From positions 1 through 35,727 of the IMG/VR virus record IMGVR_UViG_3300016467_000203: DNA of 35,727 nt. The stretch is one strand, 5' to 3'. The position numbers and the translations under genes were made by a program. A model generated the notes under the pieces. It saw nothing but the letters and a program-made list of their open reading frames with translations, did not search any database and was not told where the DNA came from. Positions 16,403-25,431 of the stretch are shown here, in pieces (position 1 is the first letter of the stretch; each line of letters opens with the position of its first letter). This stretch comes from a virus. Its lineage: Duplodnaviria; Caudoviricetes.

Positions 16403-16509
16403 AGGTAGCACCCCACAACGCGCGTGCCGTCACACAGGCCACAAGAGCCACGGAACAGCGAAGCGCCGCACCGGCAGCGGCAAGGCCATTTCAATGTAAT
16501 GCGCTTCAT
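16390..16509 (-). CDS. 39-aa Cys-rich mini-protein (not in ORF track)
   Basis: MKRITLKWPCRCRCGASLFRGSCGLCDGTRVVGCYLCAK. Confidence 0.5.
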   Translation of the reverse strand: MKRITLKWPCRCRCGASLFRGSCGLCDGTRVVGCYLCAK

Positions 16510-16563
16510 GCGGTGTTCCCCATAGCGTTACGATAATCACAACAGGCAAGGCAAGGAAAGCGG

Positions 16564-16698
16564 CTAGTTAAAGAAAGCGTCCACCACCAGCGGCAGCGAC
16601 CACAGGCAAGCCAGCAACGCGGCAAGCCACAAGACGCCATAGACAAAGCGCACGCGGTCAATCAGGCGCGGCGGTTCGGGCGGTGGGGTGTAGGTCAT
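16564..16698 (-). CDS. Small membrane protein
   Basis: MTYTPPPEPPRLIDRVRFVYGVLWLAALL...; ATGA overlap. Confidence 0.55.
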   Translation of the reverse strand: MTYTPPPEPPRLIDRVRFVYGVLWLAALLACLWSLPLVVDAFFN

Positions 16699-16862
16699 TT
16701 CCGGCTCCCCAGCAGCGGAAACCATTGCGCCAGGTACGCCGCTAGGGCCTGACCTAAGACCAGCGCCAGAATGGTGCCTATGGTTACAAAAAACGCGCCT
16801 GTGCAAAGCCAATCCCAGCGCGACAAGCCAGAATGCCGGTTGTGGTAATCGGGGCGCGTCAT
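16695..16862 (-). CDS. 55-aa membrane protein (not in ORF track)
   Basis: MTRPDYHNRHSGLSRWDWLCTGAFFVTIGTILALVLG...; ATGA-coupled on both sides. Confidence 0.6.
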   Translation of the reverse strand: MTRPDYHNRHSGLSRWDWLCTGAFFVTIGTILALVLGQALAAYLAQWFPLLGSRK

Positions 16863-17233
16863 GCTCTCTCATTTACTGTGGGGGCGGGGGATTTGGGGAT
16901 CGGGTGCCATTCATCTACGCGACCCTCAGGCCATGCAGTGTTGTATGATGCCCAAGGATAGTCACGGTCGTTCGTCCACCAGCACGTAAAATACTCATAG
17001 CCGCAATCATTGTCATAACGCGCCAAAATGCACGTTCCATCCTTCGGCGCAGTCTCAATCGGCCTCCACCCCTCTGGCACGGATTGCGCGGATAGGGTTT
17101 CGATGGCGCTGCGTATTCGCCTTGCATGGTGGGCGCCACCTGTATAGCGATAATCTTCCTGCACGTCGTCAGCGATTGAGCGCAACTCCGCCACCAGCTT
17201 CGCCATGTCGTCGGGGAGGGTTGGGTTAGTCAT
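16859..17233 (-). CDS. DUF551-like protein
   Basis: WRPIETAPKDGT...WHPIP motif. Confidence 0.75.
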   Translation of the reverse strand: MTNPTLPDDMAKLVAELRSIADDVQEDYRYTGGAHHARRIRSAIETLSAQSVPEGWRPIETAPKDGTCILARYDNDCGYEYFTCWWTNDRDYPWASYNTAWPEGRVDEWHPIPKSPAPTVNERA

Positions 17234-17418
17234 GGCATCGCCTCCACGGCATCGCGCATACCTTGCAGATAAGCCTCTGCGAGCAGCACGGGGAGAGGCT
17301 TTTCAACCCCGACGCTATCTAAAAATGGCTTTGTGCGCCGCGCCACAAGATCGCGCTGCTCAGGTGTCATGCTGGCGGAGAAAACCGACTGTCGCGCATT
17401 GTATCCTTTATCACGCAT
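17230..17418 (-). CDS. Hypothetical protein
   Basis: Coupled start/stop overlaps; LLAEAYLQGMRDA. Confidence 0.65.
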   Translation of the reverse strand: MRDKGYNARQSVFSASMTPEQRDLVARRTKPFLDSVGVEKPLPVLLAEAYLQGMRDAVEAMP

Positions 17419-17846
17419 CACCCTTCTCCCTGTTTCTTGGCTGCGGATAGGGCGGCTTGTAGGGCGGCACGCATGTCGCTCCTGAATTTATCTTTCGCCG
17501 CGCGGTTACCGTCGCCAAACGGAGTATTCGGAAGCAAGCGCCAATCAGAATGGCGAGTCTTGTCGTAGTAAGCGACGCAGGCTCGCTCCACCATCTCATC
17601 CGTCACGCCCCCATCTTCTGCTTGTGGGGAGATGCGGTCAGATGCAACGTAGTTCATTGCAAGCTTGATTGATGCCATGATTAACTCCGCTTGCTCACGG
17701 TCAATCATAAAGCCGCCACCTTCACATTCCGGGACAGCTTTTATTTTCAACCCAACAATCTTGGCCCAATTGGGCATTGCGTTGTGATAACGAATGCCGA
17801 GTGACGCCACGATGCGGTCTCTCTCGTCTGGTATAGTGGTGGTCAT
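17418..17846 (-). CDS. Hypothetical protein
   Basis: VTDEMVERA...MRAALQAAL motif common in phage accessory ORFs. Confidence 0.7.
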   Translation of the reverse strand: MTTTIPDERDRIVASLGIRYHNAMPNWAKIVGLKIKAVPECEGGGFMIDREQAELIMASIKLAMNYVASDRISPQAEDGGVTDEMVERACVAYYDKTRHSDWRLLPNTPFGDGNRAAKDKFRSDMRAALQAALSAAKKQGEG

Positions 17847-17989
17847 GGAGATTCGGCCCACGCTTGTATGATTGCCGCTAGAAGTCCTGCCGCCAAAACT
17901 TTCATCAAAACCATGCCTGTAATAGCCCCGTCAGGTGTATGGAAAAACGAAAGCGCCGCCATCATTAAAATGATAGGAAAGATTCCCAT
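17843..17989 (-). CDS. Small hydrophobic protein
   Basis: MGIFPIILMMAALSFF...; ATGA overlap. Confidence 0.5.
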   Translation of the reverse strand: MGIFPIILMMAALSFFHTPDGAITGMVLMKVLAAGLLAAIIQAWAESP

Positions 17990-17991
17990 CG

Positions 17992-18300
17992 TCACAGCTT
18001 TCCATTGGATAGGGAGCGGATGCGGGCGGCGACATCGACACGGCTGCCCGTTTCTGCGCGCCATGCAGCAGCACTCTCCGCCACCTTCGCGCATTCCTCG
18101 ATTGTAGCGGCACGGATAGAGGCTGCATCGCCCAGCGCAGCGGCTATTCCATGGGTGTCGTAGCGCTCTACAATTGCTTTCCAGCGATTGTAATATTCAG
18201 GCTGATTATCTGGCTCGAAATAGTTGTATGACCGCTGTGCGGCTTCACGCAGCGCCTCAATCGCTTCTTCCAGCGTGGGGGTGCGGATGATCTCGGTCAT
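17992..18300 (-). CDS. Hypothetical protein
   Basis: AAGGA ribosome-binding site; IEECAKVAE...AARIRSL motif. Confidence 0.7.
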   Translation of the reverse strand: MTEIIRTPTLEEAIEALREAAQRSYNYFEPDNQPEYYNRWKAIVERYDTHGIAAALGDAASIRAATIEECAKVAESAAAWRAETGSRVDVAARIRSLSNGKL

Positions 18301-18330
18301 GGGGTGCGTCCTTGCGTGGTGGGGGTGGGG

Positions 18331-18690
18331 TTAAGCGTCTTGGCTTTCAGGCTCGTATTCTTCAAGGATGCTTTCGACGCTAGACGCCCAAAGCTCAACC
18401 GCAGTGCTGAGATAGAACACCGCCAGCCCGCTCCATGACGTATCGCGCGGCGGCTGCGGCAGTTCGCCCAGCGCGTCGTCGATGTACTGCATAACGTCAT
18501 CGCCATGTTCGGCCATGGTGTCCAGCGCCTTGCTATACGTCACGGCGGGCATATACGCGCCGGACGCGCATCCGCCTTGAACAATGGCGGCAACGTCATT
18601 GGGCGATATGTCGTCGCTGATCCAGGCGGGCACTTCCAGGTCCAGGCCGGGAATGTCGCGGATGGGGGTGTCGGTGTTCCAAAGGTCCAT
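18331..18690 (-). CDS. Acidic early hypothetical protein
   Basis: GGAGA ribosome-binding site; first gene after the TTGACA promoter; Asp/Glu-rich. Confidence 0.8.
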   Translation of the reverse strand: MDLWNTDTPIRDIPGLDLEVPAWISDDISPNDVAAIVQGGCASGAYMPAVTYSKALDTMAEHGDDVMQYIDDALGELPQPPRDTSWSGLAVFYLSTAVELWASSVESILEEYEPESQDA

Positions 18691-18720
18691 GGTGGGGTCT
18701 CCGTTTTGTTAGCGTTGTGC

Positions 18721-18753
18721 GTTGAGGTAATCGCAACAGTGATGGCGTGTCAA
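18721..18753 (-). promoter_or_regulatory. Leftward promoter (-35 TTGACA at 18753-18748) with 17-bp operator-like site 18721-18737
   Basis: GTTGCGATTACCTCAAC on the minus strand overlaps the expected -10 region. Confidence 0.6.
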
Positions 18754-18859
18754 GCGGGTTGTGCTTAATTAGCAAGGGCAAATGGCGTTAACGGGGGAAG
18801 GCAAAAGGTTTTGCAGCAACCTTAAGCCGGTTGCGTTAGATGTTGCGTTTTCGTCATTT

Positions 18860-19122
18860 TCGTCCACGCATCGTCCACGTCGTCCACGGTGTTTGAAATC
18901 ATTGGCTTTTTCCGTTTGGGCGCGTCGTCGCGCGTCGTCCACCATCGTCCAAAAATGTGCGAGTTTGGACGACGCTGGACGATAGTGGACGATGCGCTTG
19001 CGCTTGTAAGCCGCTGAAAATGCTATGGAATAAAAAGTGGACGTCCAGTGGACGATGTTGAGTTTACAGCAGGCCGGAGAGTGTGTTTTTCGGGGGGGGC
19101 TGTAAAGCCCCCCGAAACATAC
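18860..19122. repeat. Iteron cluster (TCGTCCA x5 forward, TGGACGA x4 inverted) plus hairpin; probable replication origin
   Basis: TCGTCCA at 18860, 18871, 18880, 18935, 18945; TGGACGA at 18966, 18976, 18986, 19049; G/C hairpin about 19081-19122. Confidence 0.7.
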
Positions 19123-19153
19123 GGGTTAAATGAATTTGGCGTCCAAAAACGGC

Positions 19154-19184
19154 AAAGAAAAAGGCCCGGTTTTTAGCCGGGCCT
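19154..19184 (-). terminator. Intrinsic terminator
   Basis: Minus strand AGGCCCGG-loop-CCGGGCCT followed by TTTTCTTT. Confidence 0.8.
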
Positions 19185-19215
19185 GAAAGGGGGTGATGGG
19201 AGCGGTTAGGCGGGG

Positions 19216-19413
19216 CTACGATACCGGCACATACCGGCCCACGCGGTCATCCCAGATGTCCAGGTTTTGAACCAGCGCAGGGCCATCAATGCTGCGCCGG
19301 GCTTCGCGCAAGGCATCTTCCGTATTGGTCGCGCCGATCATCACATAGCCATACCGGCCTTTGTAACGAAAGCTAAGAAGGCCAGAAGCGGCTAAAGGCT
19401 TGTCATGCGTCAT
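19216..19413 (-). CDS. Hypothetical protein
   Basis: AAGGA ribosome-binding site; 65 aa; followed by terminator. Confidence 0.75.
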   Translation of the reverse strand: MTHDKPLAASGLLSFRYKGRYGYVMIGATNTEDALREARRSIDGPALVQNLDIWDDRVGRYVPVS

Positions 19414-19437
19414 TGCCTGCGGTCCTTGCGTTAGGCG

Positions 19438-19521
19438 TTAAAGGTGGAGGCAAAGAAAGACGATGATATTCACGGCGATCAAGCCAAGGACAATTAGGCG
19501 GTCAATGGCGGGGATGTTCAT
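19438..19521 (-). CDS. 27-aa hydrophobic peptide (not in ORF track)
   Basis: AAGGA ribosome-binding site; MNIPAIDRLIVLGLIAVNIIVFLCLHL. Confidence 0.5.
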   Translation of the reverse strand: MNIPAIDRLIVLGLIAVNIIVFLCLHL

Positions 19522-19606
19522 GGGCGCGTTTCCTTTTGATGTTACGCACTATGTATTGCAAGCGGCTTGGCCTGTGTAAAGGGGGCGATTGCGTTTTGCC
19601 GGGCAT

Positions 19607-19623
19607 CGTGCCATTTTCGCAAC
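19607..19623. promoter_or_regulatory. 17-bp operator-like site abutting terS start
   Basis: Minus strand GTTGCGAAAATGGCACG, close to the 12593 site. Confidence 0.5.
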
Positions 19624-20154
19624 ATGCCAGAATTGCCAGCTCAAGAAAAAAATCCGCAGGAAACCGCCAAAAAGCGCGTCTGGGGCGGTGCCCAGGAGGG
19701 CGCGGGACGCCCGCCAATGCAATTCAGCGATGAACAGCGGAAGCTGGTCGAAAGCATGTCTGGTTATGGGGTGCCACAGGCCGACATAGCGGCGCTGGTG
19801 GGCGAAAGCGGCATAAGCGTTGACACCTTGCGGGCACATTTCCGCAAGGAACTGGACCAGGGCCGCGCCAAGGCAAACGCTAAGGTGGGCCAAACCTTGT
19901 TTCAGAAGGCCACAGGCGGCGACACAGCCTCGCTCATATGGTGGTCTAAGGCGCAGATGCGTTGGCGCGAGGAAGTAAACACCCAGCTTACCGCGCCGGT
20001 AACTATCAACCTGGCGTGGCTACCCGGCAGGGGGGTGGACAGGGATGATGGTAGGAATGTGGTAGATGTTATAGACGTTACCGCACAACCCGTTGAAAAC
20101 ATTGAGCAATTACCAGAAGCCCATCGGGTAACTGGCCCGAAGGGCGACGAATGA
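19624..20154 (+). CDS. terS: Terminase small subunit
   Basis: GGAQEGAGRP, HTH (GVPQADIAALVG..ISVDTLRAHF), LFQKATGGDTASLIWWSK; upstream of terL. Confidence 0.8.
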   Translation: MPELPAQEKNPQETAKKRVWGGAQEGAGRPPMQFSDEQRKLVESMSGYGVPQADIAALVGESGISVDTLRAHFRKELDQGRAKANAKVGQTLFQKATGGDTASLIWWSKAQMRWREEVNTQLTAPVTINLAWLPGRGVDRDDGRNVVDVIDVTAQPVENIEQLPEAHRVTGPKGDE

Positions 20155-20266
20155 CCCCGCGCTGGCCCTCGATTTTGACCCCCTACCCCCCATTCGACCG
20201 GGGGTGGGGGGTGGCCAAAGCAAGGGTCCCCCTCCCAATGTCCATCATCCTAATTTTGAGTTCTGC

Positions 20267-21499
20267 ATGTTGAACCCCGCCGACAAAACCGAACGCTGGC
20301 CGCTGGAGCGTCTGGTTCCGTATGCCCGCAATTCTCGCACGCACTCGGATCAGCAGGTCGCGCAGATTGCGGCGTCTATTCGGGAGTGGGGCTGGACCAC
20401 GCCGGTCCTGGTGGACCCGGAGGGGATGATTATTGCGGGGCACGGGCGGGTTATGGCGGCGCGTAAGCTGGGCATGGCTGAAGTGCCTGTGATGGTTGCG
20501 GAGGGTTGGTCGGACGCGCAGAAGCGGGCCTATGTGCTGGCGGACAATCAGTTGGCGATGAACGCGGGGTGGGACGCGGAGTTGTTGAAGCTGGAGTTAG
20601 TTGATTTACAGGGCATGGATTTTGACGTTTCTTTGCTTGGGTTTGACGATGACGCTCTGAGCAAGATTCTTGCTGACAAAACAGAAGGTCTGACTGACCC
20701 GGACGCGGTGCCGGAGCCGCCAGCGGAGCCGGTATCAAGGCCGGGGGATATATGGGTTATGGGCAAGCATAGGCTGGCCTGCGGGAGCAGCACGGACGCG
20801 CATACGGTTGAGGCGTTGCTGGCCGGGGTTAAGCCGCATCTAATGGTGACGGACCCGCCGTATGGGGTGGAATACGACGCGGACTGGCGGAACAAGGCTC
20901 AGCGCTCGGATGGCACCAAGATTGGTGGTAAGGCTGTCGGCAAGGTCGAAAACGACGACAAGGCGGACTGGCGCGAGGCTTGGGCGTTGTTCCCCGGCGA
21001 TGTGGCGTATATTTGGCATGCGGGCCTTTTTGCGGGAACTGTTGCGGAAAGCCTTACAAGCTGCGGTTTTAAACTCAGATCACAAATTGTCTGGGCTAAA
21101 AGCAATTTTGCGATTGGGCGCGGCGATTATCATTGGCATCACGAACCCTGCTGGTACGCGGTACGCGAAGGAGGCAAAGGAAACTGGGCTGGGGATCGCA
21201 AGCAATCAACGCTTTGGCAGATTGCAAAGCCGCAAAAGTCCGAAACCGGCCACAGCACCCAGAAGCCCGTTGAGTGCATGAAGCGCCCGATTGAGAACAA
21301 TTCATCGCCCGGACAAGCGGTTTACGAGCCTTTTAGCGGTTCTGGTACGACTATCATTGCCGGGGAAATGACAGGCCGGTGCATATATGCCGTTGAGCTA
21401 AACCCAGCTTATGTGGACGTTGCGGTTAAGCGTTGGCAGGACTTTACGGGGCAGAAGGCAATTCTTGAGGCTACTGGGGAGGCTTTTGCTGCCCCATGA
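20267..21499 (+). CDS. ParB/Srx-like N-terminal domain fused to beta-class N6A/N4C DNA methyltransferase
   Basis: LVPYARNSRTH..IIAGHGR; TDPPY; HSTQKP; EPFSGSGTT. Confidence 0.92.
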   Translation: MLNPADKTERWPLERLVPYARNSRTHSDQQVAQIAASIREWGWTTPVLVDPEGMIIAGHGRVMAARKLGMAEVPVMVAEGWSDAQKRAYVLADNQLAMNAGWDAELLKLELVDLQGMDFDVSLLGFDDDALSKILADKTEGLTDPDAVPEPPAEPVSRPGDIWVMGKHRLACGSSTDAHTVEALLAGVKPHLMVTDPPYGVEYDADWRNKAQRSDGTKIGGKAVGKVENDDKADWREAWALFPGDVAYIWHAGLFAGTVAESLTSCGFKLRSQIVWAKSNFAIGRGDYHWHHEPCWYAVREGGKGNWAGDRKQSTLWQIAKPQKSETGHSTQKPVECMKRPIENNSSPGQAVYEPFSGSGTTIIAGEMTGRCIYAVELNPAYVDVAVKRWQDFTGQKAILEATGEAFAAP

Positions 21500-22833
21500 T
21501 GGATATTAACAGCTACACCCCGCGCAGTGTGTTTATGCCGCTGCACACGCGCGATGCGCGTTGGGCTGTGGTTGTGGCGCATCGTCGGTGTGGCAAGACG
21601 GTAGCGATGTGCGCGGATTTGGTGATTAGCGCGTTGCAGTGTCCGCGCCCAAAGCCGCAGTTTGCCTACCTTGCGCCGTTGCGCGACCAGGCGAAGAAGG
21701 TGGCGTGGAATTACGTCAAGGAATTGACCAAGCCGGTCTGGGCGAAGCCGCCGAATGAGAGCGAATTGTACGTTTCGCTGCGCAACGGGCATGGCAGCGT
21801 GAGTACGATTTATGTGGGCGGCGCGGATCACCCGGACGCCTGGCGCGGCATGTATTTTGATGGGGTTGTGCTGGATGAGGTTGGACAGATTCGGCCAAGC
21901 GCGTGGTATTCGGTACTTCGTCCGGCATTATCGGATCGGCTGGGTTGGGCGATATTTGCTGGCACCCCGGCGGGAAAGAACTTCTTCTGGCAGATGCGAG
22001 AGGAGGCGCGGTTAAACCCGAAATCGCACATTTTGCTGGAGCTTCCGGCCAGTCAGACCAACATTTTGCACCCGGACGAGTTGCGCGATGCGCGGGCGCA
22101 GATGACGGAGGAGAGCTATCTTACGGAATATGAGATTAGTTTTGATGCGGCGGTGCCTGGGGCGTACTACGCCAAGGCGATTGGCGAGGCGTATGAGCAG
22201 GGCCGGGTGGGGCATTTTCCGGTTGACAAGGAATTGCCGGTCGATTTGGTCGCGGATTTGGGTTATACGGACAGTTGCAGTTGGTGGGGGTGGCAGACCA
22301 CGCCTGACGGTTATCGCATCGTGGATTTTTACGAGGCGGACGGGCGGGAGATCGGCCACTACATCGACTGGGTTAAGACGCGGCCTTACAAGGTCGGGAA
22401 TGTGTATCTGCCGCATGATGCCAAGGCCAAGTCTTTGCAGACGGGCAAGAGCATCATGGAGCAGTTTTTGGCTGCGGGGATTACGCCCCGGATTGTGACG
22501 GAATTGAGTTTGCAGGATGGCATTGAGGCAGCGCGTGTAATTTTGCCGAAGTGCTGGTTTGACGAGGCGGTGACGTATGACGGTATCGAGCATTTACGCG
22601 GCTATATGCGCGAGTGGGACGAGCGTTCGCAGACGTTTAGGAGTCGTCCTAAACACGATCAGCACAGCCATGCGTCGGATGCTTTCAGATATTTGGCGCT
22701 TAGTACGCGCAGTACCGGGCAAAGTCATGGCTTTGGTGTTGAGAAAGTAGCGACAGGCGTGAGGAATACATATTCATTTCGGCTTGACGACGTTTGGGAT
22801 TGTCAGCCGTTGCAAGGTGGACGGATAGGCTAA
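21496..22833 (+). CDS. terL: Terminase large subunit
   Basis: HRRCGKT Walker A, VVLDE Walker B, GTP coupling motif, DLG and SHASDAFRY nuclease motifs. Confidence 0.95.
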   Translation: MMDINSYTPRSVFMPLHTRDARWAVVVAHRRCGKTVAMCADLVISALQCPRPKPQFAYLAPLRDQAKKVAWNYVKELTKPVWAKPPNESELYVSLRNGHGSVSTIYVGGADHPDAWRGMYFDGVVLDEVGQIRPSAWYSVLRPALSDRLGWAIFAGTPAGKNFFWQMREEARLNPKSHILLELPASQTNILHPDELRDARAQMTEESYLTEYEISFDAAVPGAYYAKAIGEAYEQGRVGHFPVDKELPVDLVADLGYTDSCSWWGWQTTPDGYRIVDFYEADGREIGHYIDWVKTRPYKVGNVYLPHDAKAKSLQTGKSIMEQFLAAGITPRIVTELSLQDGIEAARVILPKCWFDEAVTYDGIEHLRGYMREWDERSQTFRSRPKHDQHSHASDAFRYLALSTRSTGQSHGFGVEKVATGVRNTYSFRLDDVWDCQPLQGGRIG

Positions 22834-24743
22834 TGGACCAGACACAGCGGGCGGAATCGGCCAGTGACTTTGCGAACACGCCTTCTGGGCTGGCGCAGCG
22901 TTGGGGCATGGAGATTGAGGCATCGCAGAAGGAGCTTCAGAAGTTCCAGGACGATGCGGATCGGATTACGCGCCGGTATCTGGACAAGCGCGATGACTTT
23001 GCGGAGCAGGAGAGCCGGGTCAATTTGTTTTGGTCCAGCACCAAGGTTCTGATGTCGCTGCTGTATGCGCGTCCGCCCAAGGCGGATGTGGCGCGTAGTT
23101 TTCTTGATGCGGAGGACGACGAAGCGCGGGTAGCCGGGCAGATTATGCAGCGGCTGTTGAACAAGTCGTTTGATGACAACGTGTCGAACTGGGACGCGGC
23201 GATTCGGCAGGGCATTGAGGACTGGATTGTTATTGGCCTGGGGCAGTCTTGGCTGCGCTATGAGGTGGACACGCAGCAGGAGGTTGTGCCTGCGCAGGTT
23301 GACCCGGTGACGGGCATGGAGCTTGTGCCGGAGCAGGTTGTTGAGCGCATTGTGAACGAGGATGCGCCGGTTGATTACATCTACTGGAAGGATTTCTTTT
23401 ATTCGCCCGCCCGCATTTGGGATGAAGTTCGTTGGGTAGCGCGTCGGGTGTACATGACCAAGGACGCGCTGATTGCTCGCTTTGGCGAGGAGATCGGCAG
23501 TTCGGTGCCGCTGTTTACGCGCCAGTCGGACAGCAAGGGTGGCACGCCGGAGAATGACCCGTGGTCAAAGGCGGAAGTTTACGAAATCTGGTCCAAGTCT
23601 GACAAGAAGGTTTATTGGTACGCTAAGGGCGCGGCGACGATCCTGGATGTGAAGGACGATCCGCTTCAGTTGGATCAGTTTTACCCGTGCCCCAAGCCGC
23701 TGATAGCAAACGTGACCAGCAGCAATTTTATTGCGCGGGCGGATTACATTTTTGCGCAGGATCAATTCAACGAACTGGATGAAATCAACACGCGCATTAG
23801 CTGGCTTACTCGCGCGGCCAAGGTTACTGGCGTGTATGACCGTAACCATGACGGCATCCAGCGGCTGTTCCAGCAGGCGGCGGAAAACCAGCTTATCCCG
23901 GTTGATAACTGGGCGGCGTTTTCGGAAGGCGGCGGGATCAAGGGCAAGGTGGACTGGGTTCCGATTGACCAGGTGACGAACGCGATTAACCAGCTTCGGG
24001 TCTATCGTCAGGACAAGACGATGCAGATTTACGAAGTGATGGGCATATCGGACATCATGCGTGGATCGAGCCGCGCCACTGAGACGGCCACGGCGCAGCA
24101 GATCAAGGCGCAGTTTGGTTCGACGCGCATCCAGTTGGCGCAGTTCTACATTGCGGAGTGGGTGACGAATCTGCTGCGGATCAAGGCTGAGATTATCAGC
24201 AAGCACTTCCAGCCTGAGACGATTGCCGAGCGGTCCAACATCATGCGGACGGCGGATGCCCAGTACGCGCAGGGTGCTATTGCGCTGATTAAGGACGAGA
24301 AGCTGGCCGAATACCGCATCAGCGTTGAAGCGGATTCTATGGCTGCGCAGGACTGGGCTGCGGAGCGTGATAGCGCCGTGCAGTTTATGCAAGGGCTTGG
24401 CGCGTTTATTTCGCAGGTTGGCCCGATGGCGCAGCAGGTGCCTGGCAGTGCGCCGTACTTCTTGAAGCTGATGCAGTGGGCGGTGTCGAAGTTCCGCGTG
24501 TCGGCGCAGATTGAAGGTGTGCTGGATCAGGCGATTGCTCAGTTGCAGAACCAGGGCATCCAGCCGCCGCAGCCGTCACCGATGCAGCAGGCTGAAGTCA
24601 AGGCTGAAGAAGCCAAGGCTGCGGAGCGCATGGCAAACGCGCAAGGCAAGCAAGTGGATACGCAGGCGAAGGTCATGCAGATGTCCGCTGTGCGCCAGGC
24701 AATGCAGCCCAACCCTAACCTTCCACCTATTGTGAGGCGATGA
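22833..24743 (+). CDS. Portal protein
   Basis: 636 aa directly after terL (TAATG overlap); ETATAQQIK motif; Gln-rich C-terminal barrel as in podovirus portals. Confidence 0.88.
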   Translation: MDQTQRAESASDFANTPSGLAQRWGMEIEASQKELQKFQDDADRITRRYLDKRDDFAEQESRVNLFWSSTKVLMSLLYARPPKADVARSFLDAEDDEARVAGQIMQRLLNKSFDDNVSNWDAAIRQGIEDWIVIGLGQSWLRYEVDTQQEVVPAQVDPVTGMELVPEQVVERIVNEDAPVDYIYWKDFFYSPARIWDEVRWVARRVYMTKDALIARFGEEIGSSVPLFTRQSDSKGGTPENDPWSKAEVYEIWSKSDKKVYWYAKGAATILDVKDDPLQLDQFYPCPKPLIANVTSSNFIARADYIFAQDQFNELDEINTRISWLTRAAKVTGVYDRNHDGIQRLFQQAAENQLIPVDNWAAFSEGGGIKGKVDWVPIDQVTNAINQLRVYRQDKTMQIYEVMGISDIMRGSSRATETATAQQIKAQFGSTRIQLAQFYIAEWVTNLLRIKAEIISKHFQPETIAERSNIMRTADAQYAQGAIALIKDEKLAEYRISVEADSMAAQDWAAERDSAVQFMQGLGAFISQVGPMAQQVPGSAPYFLKLMQWAVSKFRVSAQIEGVLDQAIAQLQNQGIQPPQPSPMQQAEVKAEEAKAAERMANAQGKQVDTQAKVMQMSAVRQAMQPNPNLPPIVRR

Positions 24744-24928
24744 TGAAAGCAAAGATGCAGATTTACATGGAAATCCTGCGGCAGTTGGGCCAGATGCCCG
24801 ACAAGTACGAGGAGCCGGACCTTGGCGAGATGGAGGGCGAGCAGCCTGAGATGGAGTACGAGGCCGAGGAATACGAGGCAAAGGAAAAGCCTGAGAAGTC
24901 TGAAAAAGGCAAAGGCTATGCCGAGTAA
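24740..24928 (+). CDS. Small acidic protein
   Basis: ATGA overlap; Glu-rich. Confidence 0.65.
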   Translation: MMKAKMQIYMEILRQLGQMPDKYEEPDLGEMEGEQPEMEYEAEEYEAKEKPEKSEKGKGYAE

Positions 24929-25091
24929 ATCGCCATCGCAGGCGCGGTTGATGGCCGCAGCCGCGCACGATCCAAAGTTTGCGAAGAAAGCCGGTGTGCC
25001 TCAATCCGTGGCGCAGGAGTTCAACGCGGAGGACAAGGGTGGCCGGATGCTGAAGCAGGCCATGCAGGCCAAAGCACTTAGGGGCAAGTGA
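24918..25091 (+). CDS. Small basic phage protein (MPSKS..Q.RLMAAAAH type)
   Basis: Recognisable motif of small head-region proteins. Confidence 0.75.
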   Translation: MPSKSPSQARLMAAAAHDPKFAKKAGVPQSVAQEFNAEDKGGRMLKQAMQAKALRGK

Positions 25092-25429
25092 TGGCGGGTA
25101 AATGGGATTACCCGCTAACGCCTGACGAAATGAACGCGCTGAATTATTCGCGCCAGAACATGACGCCAGAGCGCGGAATGGTTAATCCTGACGGTAGCCT
25201 CACAACCTTCATGGGCGCTGTTGAAGGCGTCAATGGTAGGCAGATGTATTTTCCGACCTACTGGGACAAGCAGGTGTTGCCAAGGCAGGACGCGATGCAG
25301 AAGGCACTTAGGTCTGGAATAAAGTTTCCGCAGTACGACACGGTTGAAGAAGCCCTGGCGCGTGAGAAAGTCATCCATGACTACATGGAGCAGGACACGC
25401 AAGAGTATTCCAAGCGTAAGAGGAAATAG
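25091..25429 (+). CDS. Hypothetical protein
   Basis: TGATG overlap; fills the operon. Confidence 0.7.
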   Translation: MAGKWDYPLTPDEMNALNYSRQNMTPERGMVNPDGSLTTFMGAVEGVNGRQMYFPTYWDKQVLPRQDAMQKALRSGIKFPQYDTVEEALAREKVIHDYMEQDTQEYSKRKRK

Positions 25430-25431
25430 CC

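Noticed and set aside
18860-19055. CRISPR array
   Set aside because: Repeats are 7-8 nt, irregularly spaced and in both orientations; they fit iterons.
20267-20600. Plasmid-prophage partition system
   Set aside because: The ParB-like domain is fused to a methyltransferase, a common arrangement near terminase genes; no ParA is present.
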